A stretch of DNA of 64,000 nt, taken from Patescibacteria group bacterium (GTDB lineage Bacteria; Patescibacteriota; Patescibacteriia; Patescibacteriales; UBA12075). The notes beneath the pieces were generated by a model, which saw nothing but the letters and a program-made list of their open reading frames with translations, searched no databases and was not told where the DNA came from. Position numbers and translations under genes: made by a program. The stretch's first letter is position 1. Each line of letters begins with the position of its first letter. Positions 8,528 to 16,802 of this stretch are shown here, piece by piece. The stretch spans positions 348,565 to 412,564 of the forward strand of contig JAHILH010000001.1 of assembly GCA_018897195.1 (NCBI GenBank). The letters run 5' to 3'.

Positions 8528-9148
8528 CTATTTATTATTCCAGCACCCGTCGGTCAGTCCAATTTTCTTAAGAATATCAGTAAAGGCAACATATTCTATT
8601 TTATGCTCCTTGTAAAAAGCTAAACTATCTTGCAATTCTTGTGTTTGATTATTTTTGTCCAACAGATCGCCAAAAGCAAACTTTTCTCGCGCTTCATATT
8701 CTTGATAGCCTACCAAAATAATTTGAAGAGGTTTTTTATATAAACGTGGCAATTCTCCATACTTTAATGGAACTCCTAGTATTTTTTCACCAGCCGTGCC
8801 CGGCGTACACCAACTTCGTCCCTTTACCTCATAAACATAATCGTCACACTCCAAATCTGGATCATATTTTTTATTCCTAAGAGTGCTTTTTCTTGATGTA
8901 GTTGTTCTAACATTTTTTCTACCGATTTTATTGAGCCCCTCCATGACCAAATTTTGACAAAGAACAGTAGTCCATTGTTTGCCGTCAGAAGTGTTCATGA
9001 TTTTATTACCCCATTTTTTTTCCAACTCTTTTGACTCTTTTAATTTTTTTTCACTTTCAGTATTTTTCAAAGAAATATCCGTAATGCCTTCATAACACCA
9101 TTTAATAACATCAAGATTGTCAAGCAAATTTATGCCGTTGTTTTTCAT
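8528..9148 (-). CDS. Putative type II restriction endonuclease (PD-(D/E)xK)
   Basis: 206 aa. YDPDLECDDYVYEVKGRS contains PD...ExK spacing. Adjacent to and co-directional with the methyltransferase. I recognise no other family. Confidence 0.45.
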   Translation of the reverse strand: MKNNGINLLDNLDVIKWCYEGITDISLKNTESEKKLKESKELEKKWGNKIMNTSDGKQWTTVLCQNLVMEGLNKIGRKNVRTTTSRKSTLRNKKYDPDLECDDYVYEVKGRSWCTPGTAGEKILGVPLKYGELPRLYKKPLQIILVGYQEYEAREKFAFGDLLDKNNQTQELQDSLAFYKEHKIEYVAFTDILKKIGLTDGCWNNK

Positions 9149-9185
9149 ATATTATATCTTTACTATTTTAAACTCACTCAATAAA

Positions 9186-10907
9186 TTACAATACTTTTAA
9201 AAAATCAAATATTTGCCCTCCCAAATCCACACCTCTTTTAATAATGGCTGCCTCTGGATCTTTTAAAAAGTCTTTCTCATATTTCTTCAAATCTCTATTG
9301 AACTTAAATTTAGATTTTGCGTATACGTCACTTATTTTTTTGCTCAATGGCTCATTCCCAGCATCATTGTTGTCATTATTGTGAAGTATTGTTAAGTTTC
9401 CTATTTTATTAACATACCCACTAATACTTTCTTTGGACAATCCCCATTTTTGTGGATTTTGCGGTAAAATATGTTCAATATTTGGATCTAAAATAGCTAT
9501 CCCCCTATCATCCCTGCAATAATTTATCATCAATTCGGTAATTAAAAACTCTATCAATTTAGATCCAGATCCATACTCTAAATTTTTAGAAAAGTTTTTA
9601 GAAAATTCTTCTTTTTTATTAACGTATTTAAATAATTTTTTAAATTTTCCCCCAACTTCTTTTTTATACCTTAAATCAGAATACTCAACGGAGGACTCAC
9701 AGATAGAGGCAAAAATGACTTCATAATCCGAAGGGTTAATACTAACAAACTTTGCCAAAATAGCAAAATACAACAATCGTTGAACATCCTCCCTAAATTC
9801 AGAAGGTTTATAGGCAGTGTCTACCTGCTTTTTATTATAAAATGAAAGCAATACTTCATATACCTGATCTAGTCCGCCAAGATATCTAAACACTCTTAAT
9901 AACTTTTTAATCTTTTCATCTCGCTTTAATAATGTCAAATTATTTTCATATTCCTCAAATTTAAGACCGATGTAAACCTGGGCATTAAATAATAACTCTT
10001 TTGTAAATGCGTCTACCTCACTTCCGGTTTTTCTTTCAATTTTTTCTTTTTTTATTGTTTTAAATAATCTCGACGAATTAATATAGCCCTTTTTTGAAAT
10101 CCAGTAATGCCTCAAAAATTTTGGGAAAATTGAAATTTTTGTATCCTCAAATAAATTTTCAATCTGTGTCCAATTTGATTCAATATTGTTTCGCAACATT
10201 TTTGAAGGAGCTGATTTTAACACAGCGTTCTTCAATAAGTCGGCCACCGACAAACCTAGACCGGTGGAGTTTAAGCCCTCAAATAAATCGTATATATCAT
10301 TTTCTGAATCAACGACAATTGCTATAAATTGCACGGATAATATTTTTCGTATTAAAAAATCAATCTCCTCTTCTTTTTTATTTTTTATTTCCTTTTTTAT
10401 AATTGTAATTATATATTTAAGATTTGAATAATACCTCAACTGGTTATCATCTAGTTTTTTTTCATCCTTGTCCATATTCAATAATGAATTGAAAATTTCC
10501 ATTAAATTTTCTTTTCCCGGTATAAGACGTGGAGTTAGTTCTTGTGTTCTTGGATTTCTCCAAAACAAATAAGAGTCTACTAAATTAGCAAGCTCTTTGC
10601 TCGTTTTTGTTTCTTTAACTTCATGCAATATATTTTTAAAAGCAATTAAAAACAATGACACCGTTGTCAACCTCTGCTGCCCATCAACTATAATAAGACT
10701 ATCTTCTGAATCCTCTGACGGACTAAGACAAACAAGATTGCCGATAAAATAACCCTCCTCATTTTCAACAATAGACTCCCAAAGCTCATTAACTTGTGTA
10801 GTTTTCCATGCATATGGTCTTTGATTATGAGGCATTGAAAATTTTTCATACCTTGAACAAAGCGTTGCGTAGGTGTAATCCTTTGTATCTACAAACTTAT
10901 TTTTCAT
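9186..10907 (-). CDS. DUF262-DUF1524 protein (GmrSD/SspE/BrxU-like modification-dependent nuclease family)
   Basis: N-terminal DUF262 motifs QRPYAWKTTQVNELWESI and IVDGQQRLTT. C-terminal DUF1524 His-Me finger IEHILPQNP ... GNLTILHNNDN. Confidence 0.8.
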   Translation of the reverse strand: MKNKFVDTKDYTYATLCSRYEKFSMPHNQRPYAWKTTQVNELWESIVENEEGYFIGNLVCLSPSEDSEDSLIIVDGQQRLTTVSLFLIAFKNILHEVKETKTSKELANLVDSYLFWRNPRTQELTPRLIPGKENLMEIFNSLLNMDKDEKKLDDNQLRYYSNLKYIITIIKKEIKNKKEEEIDFLIRKILSVQFIAIVVDSENDIYDLFEGLNSTGLGLSVADLLKNAVLKSAPSKMLRNNIESNWTQIENLFEDTKISIFPKFLRHYWISKKGYINSSRLFKTIKKEKIERKTGSEVDAFTKELLFNAQVYIGLKFEEYENNLTLLKRDEKIKKLLRVFRYLGGLDQVYEVLLSFYNKKQVDTAYKPSEFREDVQRLLYFAILAKFVSINPSDYEVIFASICESSVEYSDLRYKKEVGGKFKKLFKYVNKKEEFSKNFSKNLEYGSGSKLIEFLITELMINYCRDDRGIAILDPNIEHILPQNPQKWGLSKESISGYVNKIGNLTILHNNDNNDAGNEPLSKKISDVYAKSKFKFNRDLKKYEKDFLKDPEAAIIKRGVDLGGQIFDFLKVL

Positions 10908-10916
10908 ACAAAATAT

Positions 10917-11894
10917 TTAATAATTAACAACAACAACCTCCTTAATCTTCCCCCGATTAGCACCATTTGAATTAATCGCCCGCCCGGCAAAAACTTTTTT
11001 TATTTTTATTTTCCTATCTAATTCAAAATAAAGATCATTTATAAACTTAGTGTCAGAATTAGACAGCATCACATAACAACCACGTTTATGTAGTTTTAAA
11101 AAAGTATCTCGAAGCTCTTCTTGTTGTTGTTCCAAAAATCCTTCCTTGGTATAACTCGTAAAACTAGAAGTCTTGTTAACTGGATAATATGGCGGGTCGA
11201 AATATATAAAATCTCCCTTTTTTGCCTTGTCTAAGACATACTTATAATCTTGGTGTAAAATTATTGTTTCCTTCATGGCGTCACGTGCTTTTAAAAGATT
11301 TACTTCATCACAAATTAAAGGATTTTTGTTATCACCATAAGGCACATTAAAACCACCGCTACTGTTTACTCGATACATTCCATTAAAACAGGTTCGATTA
11401 AGATATATGAAACGAGCAGCCCTGTTTACGTCAGAAAGTTTCTCTACCTTTAGTGCGCGGACTTTAAGAAAATAATCTTTAGTATTTTTTTTCTGATGTT
11501 CTTTTAATTTTTTAATTAAAGCCGAAACGTCATTCTTGATAACATTGTAAGTTGTCACCAATTCAAGGTTCATGTCTGATAGTACTGCTCTTTTTGGAAG
11601 CAAATCAAAAAACATTGCACCACCGCCAACAAAGGGTTCAAAATAAGTTGCCGTCTTTGGATTGAACTTATAGGGTGGGTAAAGATTTAAATCTTTAAAT
11701 TGTTGAACTAATTGTCTTTTTCCTCCCACCCATTTTACAAATGGCTTAGGATTATCTGCAACAAATTTTTTATAAGAAATAACCACATCCTCATCTTTGG
11801 GCGGCGCAGTCTCAAAGGTTGCCAAAAAAAGCCTAACATGAATCGGATGAACATTAAGAGCCACCGCGGTAGCTTGTATCATTTGTTTGGTCAT
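10917..11894 (-). CDS. dam: Dam-family (D12 class) N6-adenine DNA methyltransferase with ~50-aa N-terminal extension
   Basis: VKWVGGKRQL, FEPFVGGGAMFF (AdoMet binding) and FIYFDPPY (DPPY). Confidence 0.85.
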   Translation of the reverse strand: MTKQMIQATAVALNVHPIHVRLFLATFETAPPKDEDVVISYKKFVADNPKPFVKWVGGKRQLVQQFKDLNLYPPYKFNPKTATYFEPFVGGGAMFFDLLPKRAVLSDMNLELVTTYNVIKNDVSALIKKLKEHQKKNTKDYFLKVRALKVEKLSDVNRAARFIYLNRTCFNGMYRVNSSGGFNVPYGDNKNPLICDEVNLLKARDAMKETIILHQDYKYVLDKAKKGDFIYFDPPYYPVNKTSSFTSYTKEGFLEQQQEELRDTFLKLHKRGCYVMLSNSDTKFINDLYFELDRKIKIKKVFAGRAINSNGANRGKIKEVVVVNY

Positions 11895-12028
11895 ATAAAT
11901 TACCTAGTATTATTATAACTATATAATACCACTTATACACCCCGCTTGCAAAGTCCATATATCCACAGCCAATATAAATCCCATTAAAATAGTTTAATCA
12001 TTAAACCGCGTCAAAATTACTAAAAAAT

Positions 12029-12240
12029 CCCACCCCAAAGTCAATTTATTTCCATAAAAAAATTAATCAAAAAGTTAATAAAATTTTAACCAATTTTATA
12101 TATAAATTTAAGAAAATTAGGCTTATTTTTTTTGTTTTTTTTTAAAATCCAACCAAAACCCCCACCCCCAAAAAATTTATTAAAAATACACACCAAAAAA
12201 AATAAGGCTGTTATTGTTTTATATTAAAACGGATAACAGC
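12029..12240. repeat. Direct repeat copy A (~212 bp); carries a minus-strand intrinsic terminator and an outward TTGACT -35 box
   Basis: Aligns by eye with 13581..13792 with about a dozen substitutions or 1-nt indels. Hairpin GCTGTTAT(12207-12214)/ATAACAGC(12233-12240) followed on the minus strand by TTATTTTTTTT. C/G-tract islands (cccacccc, cccccaccccc) sit in an otherwise AT-only sequence. Confidence 0.8.
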
Positions 12241-12340
12241 TTTTTAGTTTTAGCCCCTCTCAATTTCGCCAACAATCTCATCAATCGCAGTATGCAGCTC
12301 TGTCTGCCTTGCAATAATATTTAGTTGGTTATTATTTATA

Positions 12341-13375
12341 TCATTTTTTAGATCTAGAAGATTTTTCTTTGGCTTTCTTTTCTATCTTCTTCCCCACGAT
12401 TTTAATTGCTTCCAAGTAAGATTTTTCAACCTCGCTCAAATTCTTTGCTTTGTATTTGCGATATTCCAGATTAGCTTTTTCCGTAGCTTTCTCGTGACTT
12501 ATCTTTCCAGAGTCATTCAAAATTTTCCTTCCCGTTGATTTTAAAATATTATCCAACTCACGAATATAATCAGCCATCTTCATGGGCTTTTGTTCTATGG
12601 CATTAATTTCTGCCAAATCAAAGTATGCCGAAACAAGATTGTTCAAAACTTTAAGTTCGTTTAATTCAAGAAAATTTTTGGCAACAATCGCTTCGGCTTG
12701 AGTTGGTTGCTTGCCTTTAAAATTGGTAAGTCCTGCAAATTCTTTATCCGAATCTACCCGTAAATAAATTACTTCTGCCGCCGTGTGTCCATGAGCTGCA
12801 AAATGAAGTTTGTTTTGCACAATCTTAAAAAATTTTAAGGACTCGCTTGCTTGGGGATCATAATCAATGGCAGTTGCATACAAATCAAGCACCTGACGAT
12901 GCAGCACCTTTTCACTGCTACGGATATCTCGGATCTCATCAAGTAATTCTTTCCAGTAATTTCCTCCCCCAAGATTCTTCAATCGATCTGAATCAATAGT
13001 AAAGCCTTTGATAATGTATTCTTTGAGGCGCGCAGTTGCCCAAATACGAAACTTTGTTGCGATGCTTGATTTTACTCGATATCCAAGCGAAATAATCATG
13101 TCGAGATTATAGAACGGCAATTCACGCTCTACCTCCCGTTTACCTTCGACGCGAACCTGTCGGAAATTCCGACAGGTTGCCAATTCGTCAAGCTCGCCAT
13201 CTTCGTAGATGTGCTTGATATGCTCAACGATATTAGTACGTGATGATTGGTAGAGTTCAGCCAGTTGTTGCTGGCTTAACCATACTGTTTCTCCTGTTAA
13301 GCGCACCTCAATCTTTGGCTCATCGCCGTCGCCCTGATAGATAATAATTTCGCTATTTGGCTTGTTGTTTTCCAT
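12341..13375 (-). CDS. rhuM: RhuM-family protein (virulence protein RhuM family)
   Basis: IEVRLTGETVWLSQQQLAELYQSSRTNIVEHIKHIYEDGELDE...NLDMIISLGYRVKSSIATKFRIWATARLKEYIIKGF matches the RhuM family core. Confidence 0.8.
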   Translation of the reverse strand: MENNKPNSEIIIYQGDGDEPKIEVRLTGETVWLSQQQLAELYQSSRTNIVEHIKHIYEDGELDELATCRNFRQVRVEGKREVERELPFYNLDMIISLGYRVKSSIATKFRIWATARLKEYIIKGFTIDSDRLKNLGGGNYWKELLDEIRDIRSSEKVLHRQVLDLYATAIDYDPQASESLKFFKIVQNKLHFAAHGHTAAEVIYLRVDSDKEFAGLTNFKGKQPTQAEAIVAKNFLELNELKVLNNLVSAYFDLAEINAIEQKPMKMADYIRELDNILKSTGRKILNDSGKISHEKATEKANLEYRKYKAKNLSEVEKSYLEAIKIVGKKIEKKAKEKSSRSKK

Positions 13376-13422
13376 ATATTATTTAGTTAGATTCAATTGG
13401 TCAATTTGCCCACAATCCCAGT

Positions 13423-13530
13423 CTATAAAATTATCACCAACAGCTCCTTATCTTTCAAACTAATCGCCCCTCTTTCAATTAATTTTTCCCGCGGCATTTC
13501 GTGCCGGGGCAGATCTTTTATTTTTGGCAT
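13423..13530 (-). pseudogene. radC: radC N-terminal fragment (35 codons, then stop)
   Basis: Hand translation gives MPKIKDLPRHEMPREKLIERGAISLKDKELLVIIL*, which matches the conserved RadC/UPF0758 N-terminus (MxIKDLPxxERPREKLxxxGxxxLSDxELLAILL). The JAB/MPN domain is absent. Confidence 0.6.
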
Positions 13531-13580
13531 ACGTAATTTTTTACTTGAGTAACATATTATAAATATATTATACCCCCAAC

Positions 13581-13792
13581 CCCACCCCGAAGTCAATTTA
13601 TTTCAATAAAAAAATTAATCAAAAAATTAATAAACTTTTAACCAGTTTTATATATAAATTTAAAAAAATTAGGCTTATTTTTTTTGTTTTTTTTAAAATC
13701 CAACCAAAAACACCACCCCAAAAAATTTATTAAAAATATCAACCAAAAAAAAATAAGGCTGTTATTGTTTTATACTAAAACAGATAACAGCC
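13581..13792. repeat. Direct repeat copy B (~212 bp); its hairpin serves as terminator of ORF 13814..14452
   Basis: See copy A. Hairpin GGCTGTTAT(13757-13765)/ATAACAGCC(13784-13792) is followed on the minus strand by TTATTTTTTTTT. The TTGACT at the element end lies 18 nt from a flanking TATAAT upstream of the radC fragment. Confidence 0.8.
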
Positions 13793-13813
13793 TCGTGTTG
13801 CCCGGACTTGCGT

Positions 13814-14452
13814 CTAGGCGGTTACTTTCTCGAGATAATCGAGCGCCAGATTTCTCACGAGAGCGTAGAACTCCTTCGGATTGCGGTATGCCCTTTCAGC
13901 GGCGATGCCGTCGACGATTGTTTGCCCGCTCCACCCATCAAGAATGATGATTGCTTCAATGGCGTCAGCACTCCTCAGATTGAATGTGAGTTGCGGCAAT
14001 CCATTGACCACTTCGAGTTCGCCAGTGATGCGCAGATCATAATTCGGCAACTCGTCGGCATCATTCAGATTGCCGATGCACTCTTGGATAATCCGGTTGG
14101 CGTGCTCTTCCTGGACTTTTTTTCGTCCCGTCATGAGCACGTTTAGAGGATGCGGAGTGGCCAGACGAATCGATTCGATACCTTCAGCGCCTTGCTCCAA
14201 AAAAATTGGACTAGTCAAGATGTAACCCAAGGGAAGACGGACCAAAACGCTGCGGTTCTGATCGCCACCCCAGTCGTTGGATTCCAAAATTGCCAGGACA
14301 AGAATCTTTTGTACAAACTCGACCAAACCGGCGCTGCTAAATTCCCACAACGCACGCAGGGCGTTAATTCCCTGTGGTTTGAATTTGATTTCCAGCCTTG
14401 GCCCAACTTTGGGATAGCGCCTGCCCATCTCCGTAAGTGTTTCATGTTTCAT
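13814..14452 (-). CDS. Hypothetical protein (212 aa), no family recognised
   Basis: Long ORF in a comparatively GC-rich stretch (35/60 GC in line 13861-13920). The antisense ORFs 13808..14146, 14150..14470 and 14215..14445 are judged by-products of that composition. Divergent from purC. Confidence 0.55.
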   Translation of the reverse strand: MKHETLTEMGRRYPKVGPRLEIKFKPQGINALRALWEFSSAGLVEFVQKILVLAILESNDWGGDQNRSVLVRLPLGYILTSPIFLEQGAEGIESIRLATPHPLNVLMTGRKKVQEEHANRIIQECIGNLNDADELPNYDLRITGELEVVNGLPQLTFNLRSADAIEAIIILDGWSGQTIVDGIAAERAYRNPKEFYALVRNLALDYLEKVTA

Positions 14453-14647
14453 TTCTTCCTCCTCGATTGATTGATTAAAAAAATCCAGCCCGATATTAAT
14501 TACTCGTAATATTTTAAATAAAAAAAGAACAATATATAACTATAGCACATTTTCACTGTTTTGTCCAGTATGCGCACTTAAGGCTAGTTTTAGCATTATT
14601 TATTTTACTAAAAATATATATATTCGCGCCATACCCCGCACCAATCC

Positions 14648-14675
14648 TTGACTTTTTCAATATTTATTGTAATAT
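14648..14675 (+). promoter_or_regulatory. Candidate sigma70-type promoter for purC
   Basis: TTGACT (14648-14653), 16-nt spacer, TAATAT (14670-14675). Lies about 90 nt upstream of ATG 14767, which is preceded by aaGGAGAGGgacaac. Confidence 0.4.
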
Positions 14676-14766
14676 TAACCCATAATTCAGACGATAAATT
14701 ATGTCTTTTTTTATTGTTCTTTACATCAAAAACAACCGACCAACCAACACAAAGGAGAGGGACAAC

Positions 14767-15786
14767 ATGGCAGAGGAAAAAGGAAAAAAAGTGAAATACG
14801 AAGGGGCTGCCTCTTACGATGATATCATTCGTCGATTTGAGGCCTGCGGATTGGTTCATGTGAACACAGGTAAGACCAGGGAGACTTTTATCAATCCCGA
14901 CTTTCCAGATTTGCTTTACATCCTAGCAACTGACCGGATCAGTATTTTCGACATCGTCCTGAATGCGCGCATTCACATGAAGGGGGCGGTGCTGACGGCG
15001 ATGACTGTTTACTGGCTCACCAATGTTTTTCATGATATTCCCCACCACCTGGTTGACTACGGTGCCAACGTCGGCGCCTATCTGCCCGCAAAGCTGGTAA
15101 GCTCCCTGAGTGACAAAGAGCGTTTTTACATCATGAAGCACATGCTTGTGGTCAAAAAGACTGAAGTCTTGAAAGTTGAGGCCATCGTGCGTGGATTCCT
15201 GACTGGCTCCGGATTGAAAGACTACAAAAAATCCGGCATGATCTGCGGGATTGAATTGCCAACAGGATTGGTCGATGGAAGTAGGCTTCCTGATGTTGAA
15301 TTCACACCCTCCACTAAAGCGGATTACGGAGAACATGACGAGAACATCTCTTTTGATAAGGCCATCGAGATAATCGGCGAAGGCGCGGCAATCTTCGTTC
15401 GTGACAAATCGAAAGATCTCTATATTAGGGCTCGTGATTTAGCCAAAGATGCTGGCATCATTATCGCTGACACCAAATTTGAACTGGGCGTCGATAAAAA
15501 CGGCAACATCATCCTGATCGACGAAGTCCTAACACCAGACTCCAGCCGTTACTGGCCTGAAGAACAATGGTTGATTGCCATGGCGGAAGGAAAAACTCCT
15601 CCAAGCCTGGACAAGCAGCTTGTTCGCGATGCTGGCGCGGCCGCCGGAGTCAAGGATAATCACGACTGGATTCCGCCGATCGGTCTTTTGAAGGAAACAT
15701 CCGAACGTTATCAGCAAATCTTTAAACGTTTGGTTGGAAAACCGCTGGGACAATTCTGGCGGGAAAACATGGGTATTATGGGCTAA
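14767..15786 (+). CDS. purC: Phosphoribosylaminoimidazole-succinocarboxamide (SAICAR) synthase
   Basis: LATDRISIFD and LIDEVLTPDSSRYWP are hallmark PurC motifs. I chose the start at ATG 14767 (behind a GGAGAGG RBS) over the track start at 14701. Confidence 0.85.
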   Translation: MAEEKGKKVKYEGAASYDDIIRRFEACGLVHVNTGKTRETFINPDFPDLLYILATDRISIFDIVLNARIHMKGAVLTAMTVYWLTNVFHDIPHHLVDYGANVGAYLPAKLVSSLSDKERFYIMKHMLVVKKTEVLKVEAIVRGFLTGSGLKDYKKSGMICGIELPTGLVDGSRLPDVEFTPSTKADYGEHDENISFDKAIEIIGEGAAIFVRDKSKDLYIRARDLAKDAGIIIADTKFELGVDKNGNIILIDEVLTPDSSRYWPEEQWLIAMAEGKTPPSLDKQLVRDAGAAAGVKDNHDWIPPIGLLKETSERYQQIFKRLVGKPLGQFWRENMGIMG

Positions 15787-15812
15787 GTCCATACTGTCAA
15801 AACAAACAACAA

Positions 15813-15848
15813 GGCGCTACCTTTCGGATAGCGCCTTTTTTATTTTTT
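15813..15848 (+). terminator. Intrinsic terminator of purC
   Basis: GGCGCTA(15813-15819) / loop CCTTTCGGA / TAGCGCC(15829-15835), followed by TTTTTTTATTTTTT. Confidence 0.75.
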
Positions 15849-16782
15849 ATTTTTTCAAAAACTCCTTCACCAACTCCACCGCCTCTTTCTTCTCACTCAC
15901 CCAATTTATCTTCGTCCCCTGCCTCTCCCAACGCTGGAACCAGCTCATTTGTTTTTTGGCGAATTGGCGGATGGCTATGTTGAGTTTCTCCACCATTTCG
16001 TCGTAGGTCATTTTCTTTTGTAAATATTTGGCGATGAATTTGTATTCGAGCCCAAAACTCTCCAGTCTTTTCCAAGACACACCTTCTTTGTGCAATCTTT
16101 CGACCTCTTCAATCATGTTTTCTTTTTCGAGACGCACAATTAGTCTTTTGTAAATGCGGTCTTGGATCACGTCACGCGGCCAAGCGATTCCTAATATTAA
16201 ATATTCGCAATCGCTAGATTTTTTCGCGATACTCTTGCCAACAAATAAATCACTGGCATTATCACGTGCGATTTCAACATAACGAATCAGGCGTCTTTGA
16301 TTGTTGCGTTCGCTGTTATTTAATTTTTCGGCAAAGTCTGGTTTTAATTTTTCCAATTTCGCCACCAATTCCTCCACGCTGAGCTTTTCCATCTCGGCGC
16401 GAAAGTCTTTGTCTGGTCCAACGGAGGATAGTTTCATATCATCGACTAAGGATTGGATATAAAATCCGGTACCGCCGACGACCAGTGGTAATTTCTTACG
16501 CTCACTAATTTCCGTAATCGCTTTCTTGGCTAGTTTTTTGTATTTAACGAGATCAAATTCGGTGTTAGGACTAACCACGTCGATCAAGTGATAAGGCGTG
16601 TCGCCGTATTCGCCCAGGTCCTTGCCAGTGCCGATGTCCATGCCACGATAAACCTGGCGCGAATCGGCGCTGATAATTTCGCCCTTGAATTTATTCGCCA
16701 AAAAAACGCCCAGGGTGGTTTTACCACTGGCAGTTGGTCCAAGAATGACCACGACTTTATTTTTTGGTTTTAACTTATTCAT
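15847..16782 (-). CDS. miaA: tRNA dimethylallyltransferase
   Basis: VVVILGPTASGKTTLGVFLA (P-loop) and ISADSRQVYRGMDIGTGK. ATG at 16782 is preferred over the TTG at 16797. Confidence 0.9.
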   Translation of the reverse strand: MNKLKPKNKVVVILGPTASGKTTLGVFLANKFKGEIISADSRQVYRGMDIGTGKDLGEYGDTPYHLIDVVSPNTEFDLVKYKKLAKKAITEISERKKLPLVVGGTGFYIQSLVDDMKLSSVGPDKDFRAEMEKLSVEELVAKLEKLKPDFAEKLNNSERNNQRRLIRYVEIARDNASDLFVGKSIAKKSSDCEYLILGIAWPRDVIQDRIYKRLIVRLEKENMIEEVERLHKEGVSWKRLESFGLEYKFIAKYLQKKMTYDEMVEKLNIAIRQFAKKQMSWFQRWERQGTKINWVSEKKEAVELVKEFLKK

Positions 16783-16802
16783 AATAAAACTAATCAATCT
16801 TG

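Noticed and set aside
12100-12180. G-quadruplex potential of the minus-strand G-tracts (GGGGGTGGGGGTTTTGGTTGG) inside the 212-bp repeats
   Set aside because: There are only two long G-runs plus two GG doublets. At best this forms a weak two-tetrad structure and is not independently supported. It is kept as a descriptive feature of the repeat rather than a finding.
14676-14766. Possible purine or ZTP riboswitch in the purC leader
   Set aside because: I could not find the conserved purine-riboswitch junction or loop sequences, nor the ZTP (pfl) GGGUCGUGAC / CCGCCUGGGC elements. The leader is A-rich and largely unstructured by eye. An Rfam scan would settle it.
14608-14859. ORF 14608..14859 (-) and the 5' extension of purC from 14701
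   Set aside because: Both fall in the AT-rich divergent promoter region. ATG 14767 has a GGAGAGG RBS and marks the start of PurC homology. The 83-aa minus ORF has no recognisable features.
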